A DNA stretch of 22,130 nucleotides from Octopus sinensis (taxonomy: Eukaryota). The notes below the pieces were generated by a model. It saw only the letters and a list, made by a program, of their open reading frames with translations. It was not told the DNA's origin and did no database searches. Positions 20,515-22,130 of this stretch are shown here, piece by piece. The position numbers were made by a program, and so were the translations under genes. Location of the stretch: the NCBI RefSeq assembly GCF_006345805.1, contig NW_021836930.1, forward strand, positions 1-22,130. The letters run 5' to 3'. Numbering within the stretch: the first letter of the stretch is position 1; each line of letters starts with the position of its first letter.

Positions 20515-20858
20515 ATAGCCAAAATATCGCCGTATGTCGGCTACGTCTGAGCAAAATGGATGTTGTTTATAATGTTATCTGACGACTGTCTGTAAGAATC
20601 CAAATATAGAACTTCAGCCTAGCAGTTCTGCGAGGGCTGTATCGATACGGATGCTTTACTCAACGTCTGTATTATCGAGTGCGTTTTGATTGATTTTTAT
20701 AAACTTCTACAAAAATAAATAAGTGAGTGGAAAATTTACCGGTGAGTGTGTTAAAAGGCACTAAAAGAGAATGACATTCACCAGACACAACAGAATATGC
20801 TTCAACACACGAACTCGCATAGAGAATCTTGCAAACCAAATCTAAAACCGAAATTATA

Positions 20859-21254
20859 TGGCTGTGTGGTAAGTAGCTTGCTAACCAACCACATGGTTCC
20901 GGGTTCAGTCCCACTGCGTGGCATCTTGGGCAAGTGTCTTCTGCTATAGCCCCGTGCCGACCAATGCCTTGTGAGTGGATTTGGTAGACGGAAACTGAAA
21001 GAAGCCTGTCGTATATATGTATATATATATGTATGTGTGTGTATATGCTTGTCTGTGTTTTTCCCTCTAGCATCGCTTGACAACCGATGCTGGTGTGTTT
21101 ACGTCCCCGTAACTTACCGGTTCGGCACAAGAGACCGATAGAATAAGTACTGGGCTTACAAAAAATAAGTCCCGGGGTCGATTTGCTCGACTAAAGGCGG
21201 TGCTCCAGCATGGCCGCAGTCAAATGACTGAAACAAGTAAAAGAGTAAAAGAGT
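20859..21254 (+). mobile_element. Family A SINE, near full length
   Basis: About 2 differences from 17019-17170 over the 5' ~150 bp; tail aagtaaaagagtaaaagagt. Confidence 0.95.
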
Positions 21255-21624
21255 ATATCTACGTAAACTTATTCAAAAATGAAGTAACTTTTTCAATACG
21301 CCGAAAATTTTATGATTTTAGCCTCGCTGTGAAAAGTAAACAGTGTTTACATCGTAGCGTTTATCTCTTCCTACACAGAAACAAATAAAAACGATATCAC
21401 CCGATCGACATAGCCTGAAGTATGTATGCACGCGTGTACGTACGTACGTACGTGCGTATGTGTGCATGTATCTGGAAAGTATTCGTCTGCTAGTGACACA
21501 CTTCTGAGCTATTGAGCACTTTTAATGTTTGTATGAGACGCATTCTTAAGAGGTAGCTTTCTTTTAGGACATCCACACGAGATAAAATATCCAGATCACT
21601 TTTCGGTATACACACTCATGAACA

Positions 21625-22092
21625 CACACACACACATACAAACACACACACACACACGTAATATATGTGTGTGTGTGTGTATACATTTAAGTTTATATAC
21701 ACATATGTATATATGTCAAACGTATATGTTTACATGTATATATATAAACATACATATAAACATTTGTGTGTATTTACAGACGTTTGTGATTGTGTAATTG
21801 TATGTATGTGTGTATGTGTGTGTGTGTGTGTGTGTATGCATGTATGTATGTATGTATGTATTATGTATGTATGTGTGTGTGCCTGTATGTTTGAATGCTC
21901 GCGTTCGTGTTACTCAATGTGTGTCTATATTGAATATATATATATGTGTCTGTATATGTTCGTGTGTGTGAGTGTGTGTCTGCAAATGTATATGTATGCA
22001 CACACACATACACATAGATATATATATGCGGGACTCTATGTAAATGTGACGGTGTGTATTACGTACGTAGTAGGACCATGTGTGTGTGTGTG
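21625..22092. repeat. Mixed (CA)n/(TG)n/(TATG)n low-complexity tract
   Basis: Direct inspection of the tandem units. Confidence 0.85.
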
Positions 22093-22130
22093 TCGACAGT
22101 TTTTGTATTTCGAAAGTGTTAAAGTTCGTT

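Noticed and set aside
16933-21130. Recurrent peptides such as RQASFSFRLPNPLTRHWSARGYSRRHLPK and GRPEAVAEDTCPRCHAVGLN
   Set aside because: They are antisense translations of the family A SINE, repeated because the SINE is repeated. They are not a gene family.

Overview
This is eukaryotic, AT-rich, repeat-saturated genomic DNA, most likely an intron or intergenic tract from Octopus (a coleoid cephalopod). The species call rests on my recognition of octopus-type tRNA-derived SINEs and the extreme microsatellite load; no database search was run. I cannot support any protein-coding gene, tRNA, rRNA or CRISPR array. Nearly all listed ORFs are translations of microsatellites or SINEs. The window holds: (A) eight copies or fragments of a ~400-480 bp tRNA-headed SINE carrying an internal (TA)n(TG)n tract; (B) about five copies of a second tRNA-headed SINE that shares a hairpin module with A; (C) about 12 old copies of a ~200-300 bp element with no tRNA head, five of them head-to-tail; one intact young SINE (D) with a perfect 11-bp TSD; one diverged SINE (F); a Tc1/mariner-like MITE; and a cryptic ~207-bp higher-order repeat inside a 4.8-kb CA-rich tract. 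Family letters are my working labels. The best leads are a nested SINE insertion that may have carried ~360 bp of microsatellite with it, SINE stem-loops with a compensatory change, the cryptic satellite, and inverted SINE pairs that could be ADAR substrates. I found no convincing new biological system; the findings concern repeat architecture and evolution.
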